From a virus: a stretch of DNA of 42,270 nucleotides. The notes beneath the pieces are model-generated. The model worked only from the letters and a program-made list of their open reading frames with translations, ran no database searches and was not told the DNA's origin. Shown piece by piece: positions 7,583-15,682 of the stretch. Where the stretch lies: the IMG/VR virus record IMGVR_UViG_3300022896_000002, positions 1 through 42,270 of that record, one strand, 5' to 3'. Each line of letters begins with the position of its first letter. The first letter of the stretch is position 1. The position numbers and the translations under genes were made by a program.

Positions 7583-8361
7583 CTGGACATTCTACGAAGC
7601 AAGAAATCCCAAAGTCGTGCAAGTCTCATCGGAGACCCTTTATCGCAAGGGTAGAGACTCTCTAGATTGTCCAGTTCATAGTTATGTCAGCAGGATCAAT
7701 TAAGCGTAGTAGTGCTGGTAGTAAGGAAAAACGACGACCGCACTCGTACAGGGGCTACTAGCGGAATGCCCCGACTTACTACTAGCACCATACGCTTAAT
7801 TGAACACATGGAAGGGTTGCCAAAAGAGTAATCTGCGGCATGGTGCGGCTTTCGAGCCAATCGCTTTGCTGACCCAGTCCATGACTGCTGACTGAATGCT
7901 GGTAATGAGTGGCGGAATAGGTAGACGCATACTTTGGCAACGGTAAGGAAGTAAAGTGGCGGGAAATCGTTGTGCAGGTTGTGGCCCGTCTTACAGCGCA
8001 AGTGACTCATACTTAAAGGTCGTAGTGTAAGCGGAGTGCATAGGCGAGCAGCCCAGAACATCATGCAGGGTGACTATACGAGTAATAGGGTTGAAAGTCC
8101 CGACGGCATGGAAAAGTGCCCAAACACTCGTCAAATCCCTGCCTCATTACCAGCACCAAGATATTGTGTAGTGACACATGGTAGTAAGAGTCCATTATTG
8201 GAGCTGGCGTAATAATCAATAGGCCAATGGCGCATGCTAGACCCTGCGTTATCTTGAAACTCCTGTAATGCTTACTACTAGCTGCTACTACACAATATTC
8301 CAGTTCTGGCTATATGGCGCCGCTAATAACGGTACTGCGTATGCCATATAGCCAGAACTGG
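7583..8361 (+). ncRNA. Structured core (~780 nt) of the candidate giant ncRNA; family not identifiable by eye
   Basis: No plus-strand ORF of 60 aa or more lies in 7306-8404. Nested helices: 7583-7589/7668-7674; 7697-7708/7791-7802 plus 7712-7725/7775-7788; 7898-7909/8143-8154 (12 bp perfect, 234 nt apart) enclosing 8065-8070/8137-8142; 8161-8172/8287-8298 plus 8181-8188/8271-8278; 8300-8318/8343-8361 (19 bp perfect). Confidence 0.55.
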
Positions 8362-8416
8362 CTAGTCAAATGCGAGAGTAAGGAGACAAAATGTTTAAAA
8401 ACTTATGGAGCCAAAT

Positions 8417-8647
8417 ATGCCAATAGACATCAACCTAGCAAACAGAGTCCACGATATAGCCCACCAGCTTACTATGCAGCCAATACGCTCAGGCTCTATA
8501 AAGGTTCGAAAGCCCCATCCACACGCGTACATGATAGGAGCAGAAGAGAGAATGACTATTAAGAAAGTTACTATCGAGATAGAGTTTTATGATAGCTCAG
8601 TGACCGATTGGCTCGATGGTATGTTCGGACAGGGTGCCAAAAAATGA
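8417..8647 (+). CDS. Hypothetical early protein
   Basis: Same frame as the ORF-track entry 8405..8647. The ATG at 8417 has GGAG 6 nt upstream. The strong AAGGAGA at 8380 instead serves an 11-codon mini-ORF (8391-8426) that overlaps this start. Confidence 0.6.
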   Translation: MPIDINLANRVHDIAHQLTMQPIRSGSIKVRKPHPHAYMIGAEERMTIKKVTIEIEFYDSSVTDWLDGMFGQGAKK

Positions 8648-8952
8648 GCTCCGATGCTTATGTATGTGTACTAAATATCTTTCTTGAATCCAAAAAGAAG
8701 GAGTTCCCAGATTGGCATATGCATCATAAATGGCCGATCAGGAAACAGAATAGTACTGCCATCAGCTTCACATCAGACACGCTGAAACGTTTTGGTGGGC
8801 TTGAGTCCGGGAAAGTAGTAAGTGTTAAGCTGTCCGGAGACGATGGATACATATCTATTAAACCCTACTATCGCAAGCGAATGGGCAATGACCTGCACAT
8901 ATTTGCAGTTGAAGTTCCTAGTGTTAAGGAAAGATTGGAAGGAAAAATCTAG
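8644..8952 (+). CDS. Hypothetical early protein
   Basis: Same frame as the ORF-track entry 8608..8952. I prefer the ATG at 8644 because of its ATGA overlap with the upstream stop. Confidence 0.6.
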   Translation: MSSDAYVCVLNIFLESKKKEFPDWHMHHKWPIRKQNSTAISFTSDTLKRFGGLESGKVVSVKLSGDDGYISIKPYYRKRMGNDLHIFAVEVPSVKERLEGKI

Positions 8953-8953
8953 C

Positions 8954-9145
8954 ATGGATATGAAAATGGTTGATAATGAGGATCAGCGTGACGACCGTAA
9001 GAAGGTACCGATTAATGGCCTGAACAGGATCACTCGACGAAAGCTTGCAAAGGCTGACCGCGTATTTCGAAAGAAAGGTTTGTGGAAGCACCTAAGTCGT
9101 GAGCATCGCAAGCGAAGCGGCCATACCGATAACGACAAAGACTAA
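8954..9145 (+). CDS. Hypothetical basic protein (63 aa)
   Basis: Same frame as the ORF-track entry 8822..9145. The ATG at 8954 follows the upstream stop by 1 nt. The protein is Lys/Arg-rich. Confidence 0.55.
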   Translation: MDMKMVDNEDQRDDRKKVPINGLNRITRRKLAKADRVFRKKGLWKHLSREHRKRSGHTDNDKD

Positions 9146-9163
9146 TATCTAAGAAAGGATGTC

Positions 9164-9496
9164 ATGAACCCTCATAGACATGAAATGGCTCAGGAGCTAA
9201 CAAAGACCTATTTCCCGGCTCTATGGGACATGCGCCAACACCAGATAGGAAACCAGCCGGTACTTATCGTGAAGTGCCAGAGCCCACAGATATATATATT
9301 AACCCAGACAGTTAAAATGTATAAAGCGATAATCGGGGGCGAGAATGATAATAGCGATGAAGCCGTACCCACTGAAGACAAAGAGCTTAGCAACTCTTAC
9401 TCAGTCGTGATACCTGCGCGCTATTTCTGCATACAGTGCTACAACTCATTCGATACCCTAAGAAACTTTAGACGTCACTTCTCTGACGATGACTAA
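9164..9496 (+). CDS. Hypothetical early protein with a C-terminal CxxC...H element
   Basis: ORF track (110 aa). AAGGA lies upstream. The C-terminus is FCIQCYNSFDTLRNFRRH. Confidence 0.65.
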   Translation: MNPHRHEMAQELTKTYFPALWDMRQHQIGNQPVLIVKCQSPQIYILTQTVKMYKAIIGGENDNSDEAVPTEDKELSNSYSVVIPARYFCIQCYNSFDTLRNFRRHFSDDD

Positions 9497-9527
9497 TTAA
9501 CAGACTCCCAAAAGCGGAGTCTGTTAA
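9497..9527 (+). terminator. Hairpin ending early operon 2 (12-bp perfect stem, weak U-tract)
   Basis: TTAACAGACTCC (9497-9508) pairs with GGAGTCTGTTAA (9516-9527) across a 7-nt loop. It starts directly after the stop codon and lies directly before the next promoter copy. Confidence 0.55.
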
Positions 9528-9532
9528 AGTTA

Positions 9533-9561
9533 TTGACAATTAGCCGCAGGCGGTGTAAACT
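9533..9561 (+). promoter_or_regulatory. Conserved early promoter, copy 2
   Basis: TTGACA (9533-9538), spacer ATTAGCCGCAGGCGGTG (17 nt), TAAACT (9556-9561). Confidence 0.7.
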
Positions 9562-9588
9562 AGAGCTATGGTAAAGGAGACAAACCAA

Positions 9589-9786
9589 ATGGAAAAAATA
9601 TTAAAACTTCTACGCGCTATCATTGCTAAGGCAGGTTATTGCGCGCACAGTAATTATGGGGCTATCGTTCATCAACCATATTTGTTCTGGGGCAAACTAG
9701 TCACACCAGAAACAAGGACTTGTGTTGATTGCGGAAAGACATACAAAACTAACTCTGAAGTGTCAGAGATAATTCTTGGAGAATAG
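9589..9786 (+). CDS. Hypothetical small protein with a CxxC motif
   Basis: Same frame as the ORF-track entry 9568..9786. The ATG at 9589 has AAAGGAGA 8 nt upstream, while 9568 would coincide with the predicted transcription start. Confidence 0.6.
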   Translation: MEKILKLLRAIIAKAGYCAHSNYGAIVHQPYLFWGKLVTPETRTCVDCGKTYKTNSEVSEIILGE

Positions 9787-9787
9787 T

Positions 9788-9904
9788 ATGGAAGAGTTCA
9801 AGAGATACGTTAAGGAGCTGTTCGCAGTCGCAGTCTTTGGTCTGCTCATTGGGACCGTCGTGCTTGCTGTAATAGTATATGTTAATTCTGTTGGTGGAGC
9901 TTAG
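9788..9904 (+). CDS. Small membrane peptide (38 aa), below the ORF-track cutoff
   Basis: Hand-translated: MEEFKRYVKELFAVAVFGLLIGTVVLAVIVYVNSVGGA. It fills the gap between neighbouring genes exactly. Confidence 0.45.
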   Translation: MEEFKRYVKELFAVAVFGLLIGTVVLAVIVYVNSVGGA

Positions 9905-9906
9905 GC

Positions 9907-10599
9907 ATGAAATACAAAGTCGGCCAAAAAGTGAGAATAAATGAAGATAACTTTATAGCAAACAGAAAATCTGACGGTACCTACCAGGAGGATGCTATAT
10001 ATGTATTCAGCAGCGGTACGGTTGTTGCCTACCAGGCTGGTAATGAACCCTACCTAGTCGAGATTGATATAGCTAGCCAAGATAGAACACTATCAAGTTA
10101 CTATGAATCCGACCTCGAACCACTCCTACCATCTGACCTCGAACCACTCGAAGAACCCAAAATGAAATACAAAGTTGGCCAAAAAGTAAGGATTATTGGT
10201 AATCATGACATCAATGGCGATGAACTATATTATCAATCAATGATTGGAGAAGTAGACACAATAGAGAGAGTTGACGAACAAAGTAGGTATCCTTATTATC
10301 TGTTTAACCAATACACCAACTTCCTAGAATCCGACCTAGAACCGGTCGAAGAGCCCAAAACACTAGACAACCTCCAGCCCGGTGATGAGCTATATAACGA
10401 TGGTAACAGGATAACCGTTTTGGCTAAAATACCGGCATACACTGTGAGATACGATGGTGGCCACGAGGGTGAGCTCACAACCAGGCTTCTTAAAGATTTT
10501 GGCTATGTCATCGCCCAAGACACTATCAAGATAGATGGCAAGACCTATAAGAAGCAAGCTGTAATGCAAGCGCTAAGTAATTTAGAGGAGATTAAGTAA
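9907..10599 (+). CDS. Hypothetical protein with a tandemly duplicated module
   Basis: 230 aa. MKYKVGQKVRI occurs at residues 1 and 86, and each module ends in ESDLEP(L/V)EEPK. The DNA repeat atgaaatacaaagtYggccaaaaagt occurs at 9907 and 10162. Confidence 0.7.
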   Translation: MKYKVGQKVRINEDNFIANRKSDGTYQEDAIYVFSSGTVVAYQAGNEPYLVEIDIASQDRTLSSYYESDLEPLLPSDLEPLEEPKMKYKVGQKVRIIGNHDINGDELYYQSMIGEVDTIERVDEQSRYPYYLFNQYTNFLESDLEPVEEPKTLDNLQPGDELYNDGNRITVLAKIPAYTVRYDGGHEGELTTRLLKDFGYVIAQDTIKIDGKTYKKQAVMQALSNLEEIK

Positions 10600-10601
10600 T
10601 T

Positions 10602-10958
10602 ATGGGAGTTGATGTTACGGCAATAATGGCCTTTGGAACAGCTAATGAGGGTAAGGGTCAAATGATCATCGAACTCCTTAATCAGGAGGATAAGAACGGT
10701 GATCGCCTCAAGTATTACCTAACTGGAGACATCCCTGAGGCTCACATAAAAGATCTAACTCCAGAACAACAACAGATTGTAAATGATTTCATGGGATTTG
10801 AGCTATGGGAGAACAGCTACAGTGGCGACTTTGAGGGGTTTGGGGTGGAAGACAATCCCAATACTCAAACCGAAGAAGATAAAAAGTCTACTATAGATCT
10901 ATTTAAAAAGTATAACCTTGGCGAGCCTGAATGGGTAAGCTTCTCTCACTGGTGGTAA
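10602..10958 (+). CDS. Hypothetical acidic protein
   Basis: ORF track (118 aa), tightly packed in the operon. Confidence 0.65.
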   Translation: MGVDVTAIMAFGTANEGKGQMIIELLNQEDKNGDRLKYYLTGDIPEAHIKDLTPEQQQIVNDFMGFELWENSYSGDFEGFGVEDNPNTQTEEDKKSTIDLFKKYNLGEPEWVSFSHWW

Positions 10959-10960
10959 TC

Positions 10961-11266
10961 ATGACCCCTCTAACTAAAGAAGAGCTACAGCAGGACATCC
11001 AAGCCATGCTTGAGAATCTCTACCTAGCTGGTTACAGGGACTCTACACGAAGAGCAAGCGGCAAAACACCGCAAGCTCATGCTACTACCAACAAAATCAT
11101 GTCCCTCATCGAGCAATATGGTGTGCAGGAGAGAATTGATGAGCTCAGCTGGGCACGTAACTACGCATTTACTGAGCTTCACGATTGTTGCTATATGACA
11201 AATGAGGAAATGATCGACGAAATCGATGAACGTATAGCCCAACTTAACCAGAAAGAGAGTAAATAA
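10961..11266 (+). CDS. Hypothetical protein
   Basis: Same frame as the ORF-track entry 10931..11266. The ATG at 10961 lies 2 nt after the upstream stop. Confidence 0.6.
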   Translation: MTPLTKEELQQDIQAMLENLYLAGYRDSTRRASGKTPQAHATTNKIMSLIEQYGVQERIDELSWARNYAFTELHDCCYMTNEEMIDEIDERIAQLNQKESK

Positions 11267-11493
11267 TGAGCAAAAGAATAACATTCACAGATTTTGAGGT
11301 AGAACAACTAATTAAGGGCTTAGAACACATGTGTAAAGAGACTTCCCTCGGATATGAGGTTGTCAATGTAGGGAAACGTTTCTATGCACAACTCATCAAA
11401 AAACTAAAAAACCAACATCCACGATCAGTCGAGATCTTAAACGTATCTGGTAATGGTGATGCTAATAGTGTGGCACAGAAGGGTAAGTCATGA
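11266..11493 (+). CDS. Hypothetical protein
   Basis: ORF track (75 aa), with a TAATG overlap with the upstream gene. Confidence 0.6.
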   Translation: MSKRITFTDFEVEQLIKGLEHMCKETSLGYEVVNVGKRFYAQLIKKLKNQHPRSVEILNVSGNGDANSVAQKGKS

Positions 11494-12062
11494 CCAAACC
11501 AATAGATGCTAACAACTCTGACTACATAAAAGACAAACTACCCACAGGTATAAAGATTAGTGGTGAGATTAAGAATACTGGTGAAATGACAATCGAAGGG
11601 GAAACAATGCCAAAGGATGACAATATTGAGAGTAAGCGCTTAGATGATATACTGCTTCAATTTGCTATGGACATAGCGGACGCTGATAGGTCGACTAAAC
11701 ACTGGCTCTTTGGTGCTGATAAAGACATTTTTGCCACCAAATGCGACGAAGCTATAGCTAAGGCAAAATATGCCTTTCAACAAATAAAGGCAAAACACAA
11801 GCCTAGCGGCAAGAACTCAGAGATCTGTAACTGTGATGGTTTTTGGCACGTAAGCATAAACGATAACACCCACTATATATCAGGGGTAGAAGCCAAGATT
11901 GCAGAAGCACGTTTAGATGAACGCAAACAGGTTGCTTTAGATAATTACCGCGGCCAGACATTCAGCGAATCGACTGACTGGAAGGGCAAGTTTGATAAGT
12001 TTGTTGAGAATAACGAACGCCGTATTGCCAACCTCACCCCCAACAATAAGGACAACAAATGA
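11490..12062 (+). CDS. Hypothetical protein
   Basis: ORF track (190 aa), with ATGA overlaps at both ends. Confidence 0.7.
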   Translation: MTKPIDANNSDYIKDKLPTGIKISGEIKNTGEMTIEGETMPKDDNIESKRLDDILLQFAMDIADADRSTKHWLFGADKDIFATKCDEAIAKAKYAFQQIKAKHKPSGKNSEICNCDGFWHVSINDNTHYISGVEAKIAEARLDERKQVALDNYRGQTFSESTDWKGKFDKFVENNERRIANLTPNNKDNK

Positions 12063-12277
12063 AACTATCACCAGCCACTGTTTGTAGATCAAAGGTAAAG
12101 TATCACACTGAGAGGTCAGCTATAAGGGCCGTTAGTGCTTTATCAGATGCATACAAAACAAGATTCATCTACTACAAATGTGGCACCTCAAGGCACTTTC
12201 ATTTAACCCATGCAAACATCTCAGAACGTATAGGATATGGCAATAAACTTATATTGGACAATAGGGAGACATCATGA
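12059..12277 (+). CDS. Hypothetical small protein
   Basis: ORF track (72 aa), translationally coupled (ATGA). Confidence 0.6.
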   Translation: MKLSPATVCRSKVKYHTERSAIRAVSALSDAYKTRFIYYKCGTSRHFHLTHANISERIGYGNKLILDNRETS

Positions 12278-12522
12278 TTCAAGTGCACAAACCCTACATG
12301 GCGGATATATCATTCCTCCAGCCAGTCATCGAGGCATATAAGTACGGAGCCTTTGATAACAAAAACCTCCCGTTAAGAGTACTAAATGCTCTAGATAGCC
12401 TTAGCTGGTATGGAAACGTAAAACAGACCACTTGGGTTGATGAGACTAGGATCGGTCGCCGTAAGAAATACACAAAGCGATCTGATTATTGGAAGGATAA
12501 AACAAACGAGGAGACATCATGA
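12274..12522 (+). CDS. Hypothetical protein
   Basis: ORF track (82 aa), ATGA overlap. Confidence 0.6.
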   Translation: MIQVHKPYMADISFLQPVIEAYKYGAFDNKNLPLRVLNALDSLSWYGNVKQTTWVDETRIGRRKKYTKRSDYWKDKTNEETS

Positions 12523-12827
12523 GCACACAGAATAGCGAGCCTGAATACTTTACACCACTACATCACAAGGTAGCTGAAATGCTCGGTTATCGGCAAACTC
12601 CGGGTTATGCAACTTGGGACAAAGTAGAAGCAACGGCTCCAGTGCAAGAGGTGGATAGAGTTGTTTATCTCATCAACCAAGAGGCACTAGCATTGTTGGA
12701 TAGGCTGGAGAAAAGAGCGGACGGTGATCTATGCACAGTACGTTACTCAGACGGAAGTGTCGCGCGTATGCGGGTTGTTGACCTAAAAGCTATCGAAGCA
12801 GAAAAGAGTAAATATGCAGGAGAATAA
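12519..12827 (+). CDS. Hypothetical protein
   Basis: ORF track (102 aa), ATGA overlap. Confidence 0.65.
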   Translation: MSTQNSEPEYFTPLHHKVAEMLGYRQTPGYATWDKVEATAPVQEVDRVVYLINQEALALLDRLEKRADGDLCTVRYSDGSVARMRVVDLKAIEAEKSKYAGE

Positions 12828-12831
12828 TACA

Positions 12832-13597
<766 letters not shown>

Positions 13598-13598
<1 letters not shown>

Positions 13599-13759
13599 TG
13601 CAAGACGAACTATTTGGCATTAGGATCATAGAGGACCCCCAACAACTTCCGTCCATCATAAAGTTCGTACACCCAGGTGGCCGCGAGGATGTATTCACGA
13701 CCGAAGGCGAACAGATTATCGAAGAAGAACCCTCTAACAAATCTAAGGAGTCCAGGTAA
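13598..13759 (+). CDS. Small hypothetical protein (53 aa), below the ORF-track cutoff
   Basis: Hand-translated: MQDELFGIRIIEDPQQLPSIIKFVHPGGREDVFTTEGEQIIEEEPSNKSKESR. TAATG overlaps occur at both ends. Confidence 0.5.
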
Positions 13760-14022
13760 TGCCCCACCCTACATTTGAAGAGAAGGTAAGAGGACTCATC
13801 GAATATTACGATAGCTATGATGAACACGAAAAGCTTCTAGAAGCCATCCTCGCCGCTCATAAGGAGGAGGTAGAGAGGGTTATCGGTGAAGACCTACCAA
13901 ACGATATTCACGGCTCATGGACACGACGGAGGGACGGCACAATGATACTTCTATCCGATGAGGTAATCGTTACGAATAATCTAAAACGTGAACAACGCCA
14001 GCGTGCGGGATTGGGGGAGTGA
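13759..14022 (+). CDS. Hypothetical protein
   Basis: ORF track (87 aa), coupled starts and stops. Confidence 0.6.
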   Translation: MPHPTFEEKVRGLIEYYDSYDEHEKLLEAILAAHKEEVERVIGEDLPNDIHGSWTRRRDGTMILLSDEVIVTNNLKREQRQRAGLGE

Positions 14023-14342
14023 TGTACGAGAAGCAGTTGAAGAACTTGAAGAACTTGCTATCCCTTATTGATATAAGAATAGCACGAGGGTCAGCAGTAA
14101 TGTGGGATGATGCCGAAAGGCTGGAGAAAGCGAACGCCATATCAGCAGAAGCAGAACAAGCGTTTCTAAGATCAATCACTAGCAACAGGGAATCACTGAG
14201 GCAAATACTCGTTGAATATCAGAAGTACGAGACGGAGCTACTGAAAAAAGAAATAGCTGATGGCGCACCCCGTCCAGCCGATGGGCCGCGCTTCAGCTTT
14301 GCGAGATTCTTTAACTGGATATTTGATTTGGAGCAGAAATGA
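14019..14342 (+). CDS. Hypothetical protein
   Basis: ORF track (107 aa), ATGA-type overlap. Confidence 0.65.
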   Translation: MMYEKQLKNLKNLLSLIDIRIARGSAVMWDDAERLEKANAISAEAEQAFLRSITSNRESLRQILVEYQKYETELLKKEIADGAPRPADGPRFSFARFFNWIFDLEQK

Positions 14343-14476
14343 TAGAACTAGATACATTCATTAAGTTATCCGGAGTAATGCCGCTGGTAGACCTTGTCAT
14401 AACACAGGTAATCTCGTGCATTTCAATCTGCACACTGATACTTGTTTATCGAATCTGGAATAGTCTAGATGACTAA
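14339..14476 (+). CDS. Small membrane peptide (45 aa), below the ORF-track cutoff
   Basis: Hand-translated: MIELDTFIKLSGVMPLVDLVITQVISCISICTLILVYRIWNSLDD. It has an ATGA overlap upstream and overlaps the next start. Confidence 0.45.
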   Translation: MIELDTFIKLSGVMPLVDLVITQVISCISICTLILVYRIWNSLDD

Positions 14477-14669
14477 CTACGAACACCAAGCCCACCGTGC
14501 TACAGAACTTACAGACTGTGAACTAAAACACACTTACAACAACTTAATAATAGAAGCTCATGAGCAGATACCTGCATCCAGCACAGCAGTGCAATGGTTG
14601 GGGTGGTTGGCTTTTGAGATGACGGAGAGAAGCAATCATGACACATTCACCTATACAACCAACACATGA
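14469..14669 (+). CDS. Hypothetical protein
   Basis: ORF track (66 aa). Confidence 0.55.
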   Translation: MTNYEHQAHRATELTDCELKHTYNNLIIEAHEQIPASSTAVQWLGWLAFEMTERSNHDTFTYTTNT

Positions 14670-14997
14670 TGCAGAGGAGCTATTTGAGAACTCCTTCTAT
14701 GAGTGGCTAGAGGCAAGTGGCGTTGATCTTAGCTCGATGCTTGTCGGTGATAAGTTTGTCGCTCATCTAGACATCAATAGGTTGAAGTCGGCTATCCTAG
14801 CCCGTGAGCAAACCATCAAAGACCAAGCTGCTATTGAGGCAAGGATTGATGAGAATAATTTCTGGATCGGTAATTACAGAACAACGCTTGATAGCCTCAG
14901 ACCTGGTGATACCTACGTCAAGCGCTCTATGCGCATAACCATCGATTTATTTGAAGAACGGAAAGACGGTCTTAAACAACAAAAGGAGTCACTATGA
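14638..14997 (+). CDS. Hypothetical protein
   Basis: ORF track (119 aa). GGAGAGAAG lies 7 nt upstream of the ATG. Confidence 0.65.
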   Translation: MTHSPIQPTHDAEELFENSFYEWLEASGVDLSSMLVGDKFVAHLDINRLKSAILAREQTIKDQAAIEARIDENNFWIGNYRTTLDSLRPGDTYVKRSMRITIDLFEERKDGLKQQKESL

Positions 14998-15176
14998 ACA
15001 TTCAAGCAGCCCTCCTATTCATAGCAGTAGTGTCCTTCGTAGCCTCCCTGCTTACCAGTGTATTTGTTATATCAGCTGTGCAAATGGAGGTACCATCTGG
15101 AAAGTGGAAATGGCTATTCTTTGGATCAGTAGCAATATTCATTGTTTGTGGCGTAGCGGCAGCAGGAATGATCTGA
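14994..15176 (+). CDS. Small two-TM membrane protein
   Basis: ORF track (60 aa), with two hydrophobic segments and an ATGA overlap. Confidence 0.6.
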   Translation: MNIQAALLFIAVVSFVASLLTSVFVISAVQMEVPSGKWKWLFFGSVAIFIVCGVAAAGMI

Positions 15177-15177
15177 T

Positions 15178-15372
15178 ATGCTGAGTAGATTCAGAAAGAA
15201 AGATTATCTGGCCATGAAGTGGTGTGCCGAAGAGCACAAGTATCGGCTGACCATGACCGTTTATCCTGAGGCAAGGTTTATAAAGCCTGATGGTACGGAG
15301 GTTAAAAGGGATATAATCGGTTTGGTTAATGAGCATAATCAGTGGAAGAAGAGGAAAACTGGATCAAGTTAA
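15178..15372 (+). CDS. Hypothetical protein, last gene of early operon 3
   Basis: ORF track (64 aa). It is followed by promoter copy 3. Confidence 0.6.
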   Translation: MLSRFRKKDYLAMKWCAEEHKYRLTMTVYPEARFIKPDGTEVKRDIIGLVNEHNQWKKRKTGSS

Positions 15373-15382
15373 ATAAATGTAA

Positions 15383-15411
15383 TTGATAAATAGCCGCAGG
15401 CGGTGTATAAT
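15383..15411 (+). promoter_or_regulatory. Conserved early promoter, copy 3
   Basis: TTGATA (15383-15388), spacer AATAGCCGCAGGCGGTG (17 nt), TATAAT (15406-15411). Confidence 0.75.
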
Positions 15412-15445
15412 AAAAACATTAACAACAGTCATGGAAGGAGACACT

Positions 15446-15679
15446 ATGGCAACAGATACAGAAGAAGAAAATCCAAGATACTTTGATCAGAGAAAACTAA
15501 AGGCAAGGGTGCTTGCTGGCTCAATAACAGACTTCACTGCATCTAAGGTGCGCGAGTTCATAAGTGCCGAAGTAGCAGACACAAATGTACCAGATAACGA
15601 AGCTTTAAAGAATATTCAGCGAGGTATGGATTTTTACGATCAGATAATCCGCGCGGTCCAGGAAGTCAACGGGTACTAG
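15446..15679 (+). CDS. Hypothetical acidic protein
   Basis: Same frame as the ORF-track entry 15383..15679, whose 5' end is the promoter itself. The ATG at 15446 has GGAAGGAG 5 nt upstream. Confidence 0.65.
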   Translation: MATDTEEENPRYFDQRKLKARVLAGSITDFTASKVREFISAEVADTNVPDNEALKNIQRGMDFYDQIIRAVQEVNGY

Positions 15680-15682
15680 GTT

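Noticed and set aside
7504-7665. 53-aa plus-strand ORF (MNYNLRFLTTNANIDS...) with AAGGA upstream, at the 5' end of the non-coding region
   Set aside because: Not annotated as a CDS. It is short, its 3' half overlaps the helix set 7583-7674, and its composition is unremarkable. It cannot be excluded, and ribosome profiling would decide.
7696-8064. 122-aa minus-strand ORF inside the ORF-free region
   Set aside because: It is the only minus-strand ORF in a 13-kb plus-strand arm. It has no Shine-Dalgarno before its ATG and an odd composition rich in Cys, His, Arg and Ser. It also runs straight through the long helices, so it is best explained as chance openness antisense to a structured RNA.
7583-8361. 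Group I or group II intron, RNase P RNA, tmRNA
   Set aside because: There are no flanking exons, since the upstream gene ends at 7305 and a promoter intervenes. I could not find a group II domain V-like hairpin or a 5' GUGYG. GAAAGTCC (8093), ATAGGG and GCAGGGTG resemble RNase P CR-I-region words, but they occur in the wrong order and without a P4 partner. No tRNA-like 3' end is present. Covariance-model searches should still be run.
7306-8416. Stop-codon reassignment (TAG or TGA recoding) hiding a long gene
   Set aside because: Hand translation shows each of the three plus frames is interrupted by a mixture of TAA, TAG and TGA. The rest of the genome is densely and coherently coded in the standard code.
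8495-8520. tRNA-like T-arm word (ggttcgaaagcccc)
   Set aside because: It lies inside a coding frame, and no acceptor, D or anticodon arms can be drawn around it. I recognised no tRNA anywhere by eye, and tRNAscan-SE should confirm.
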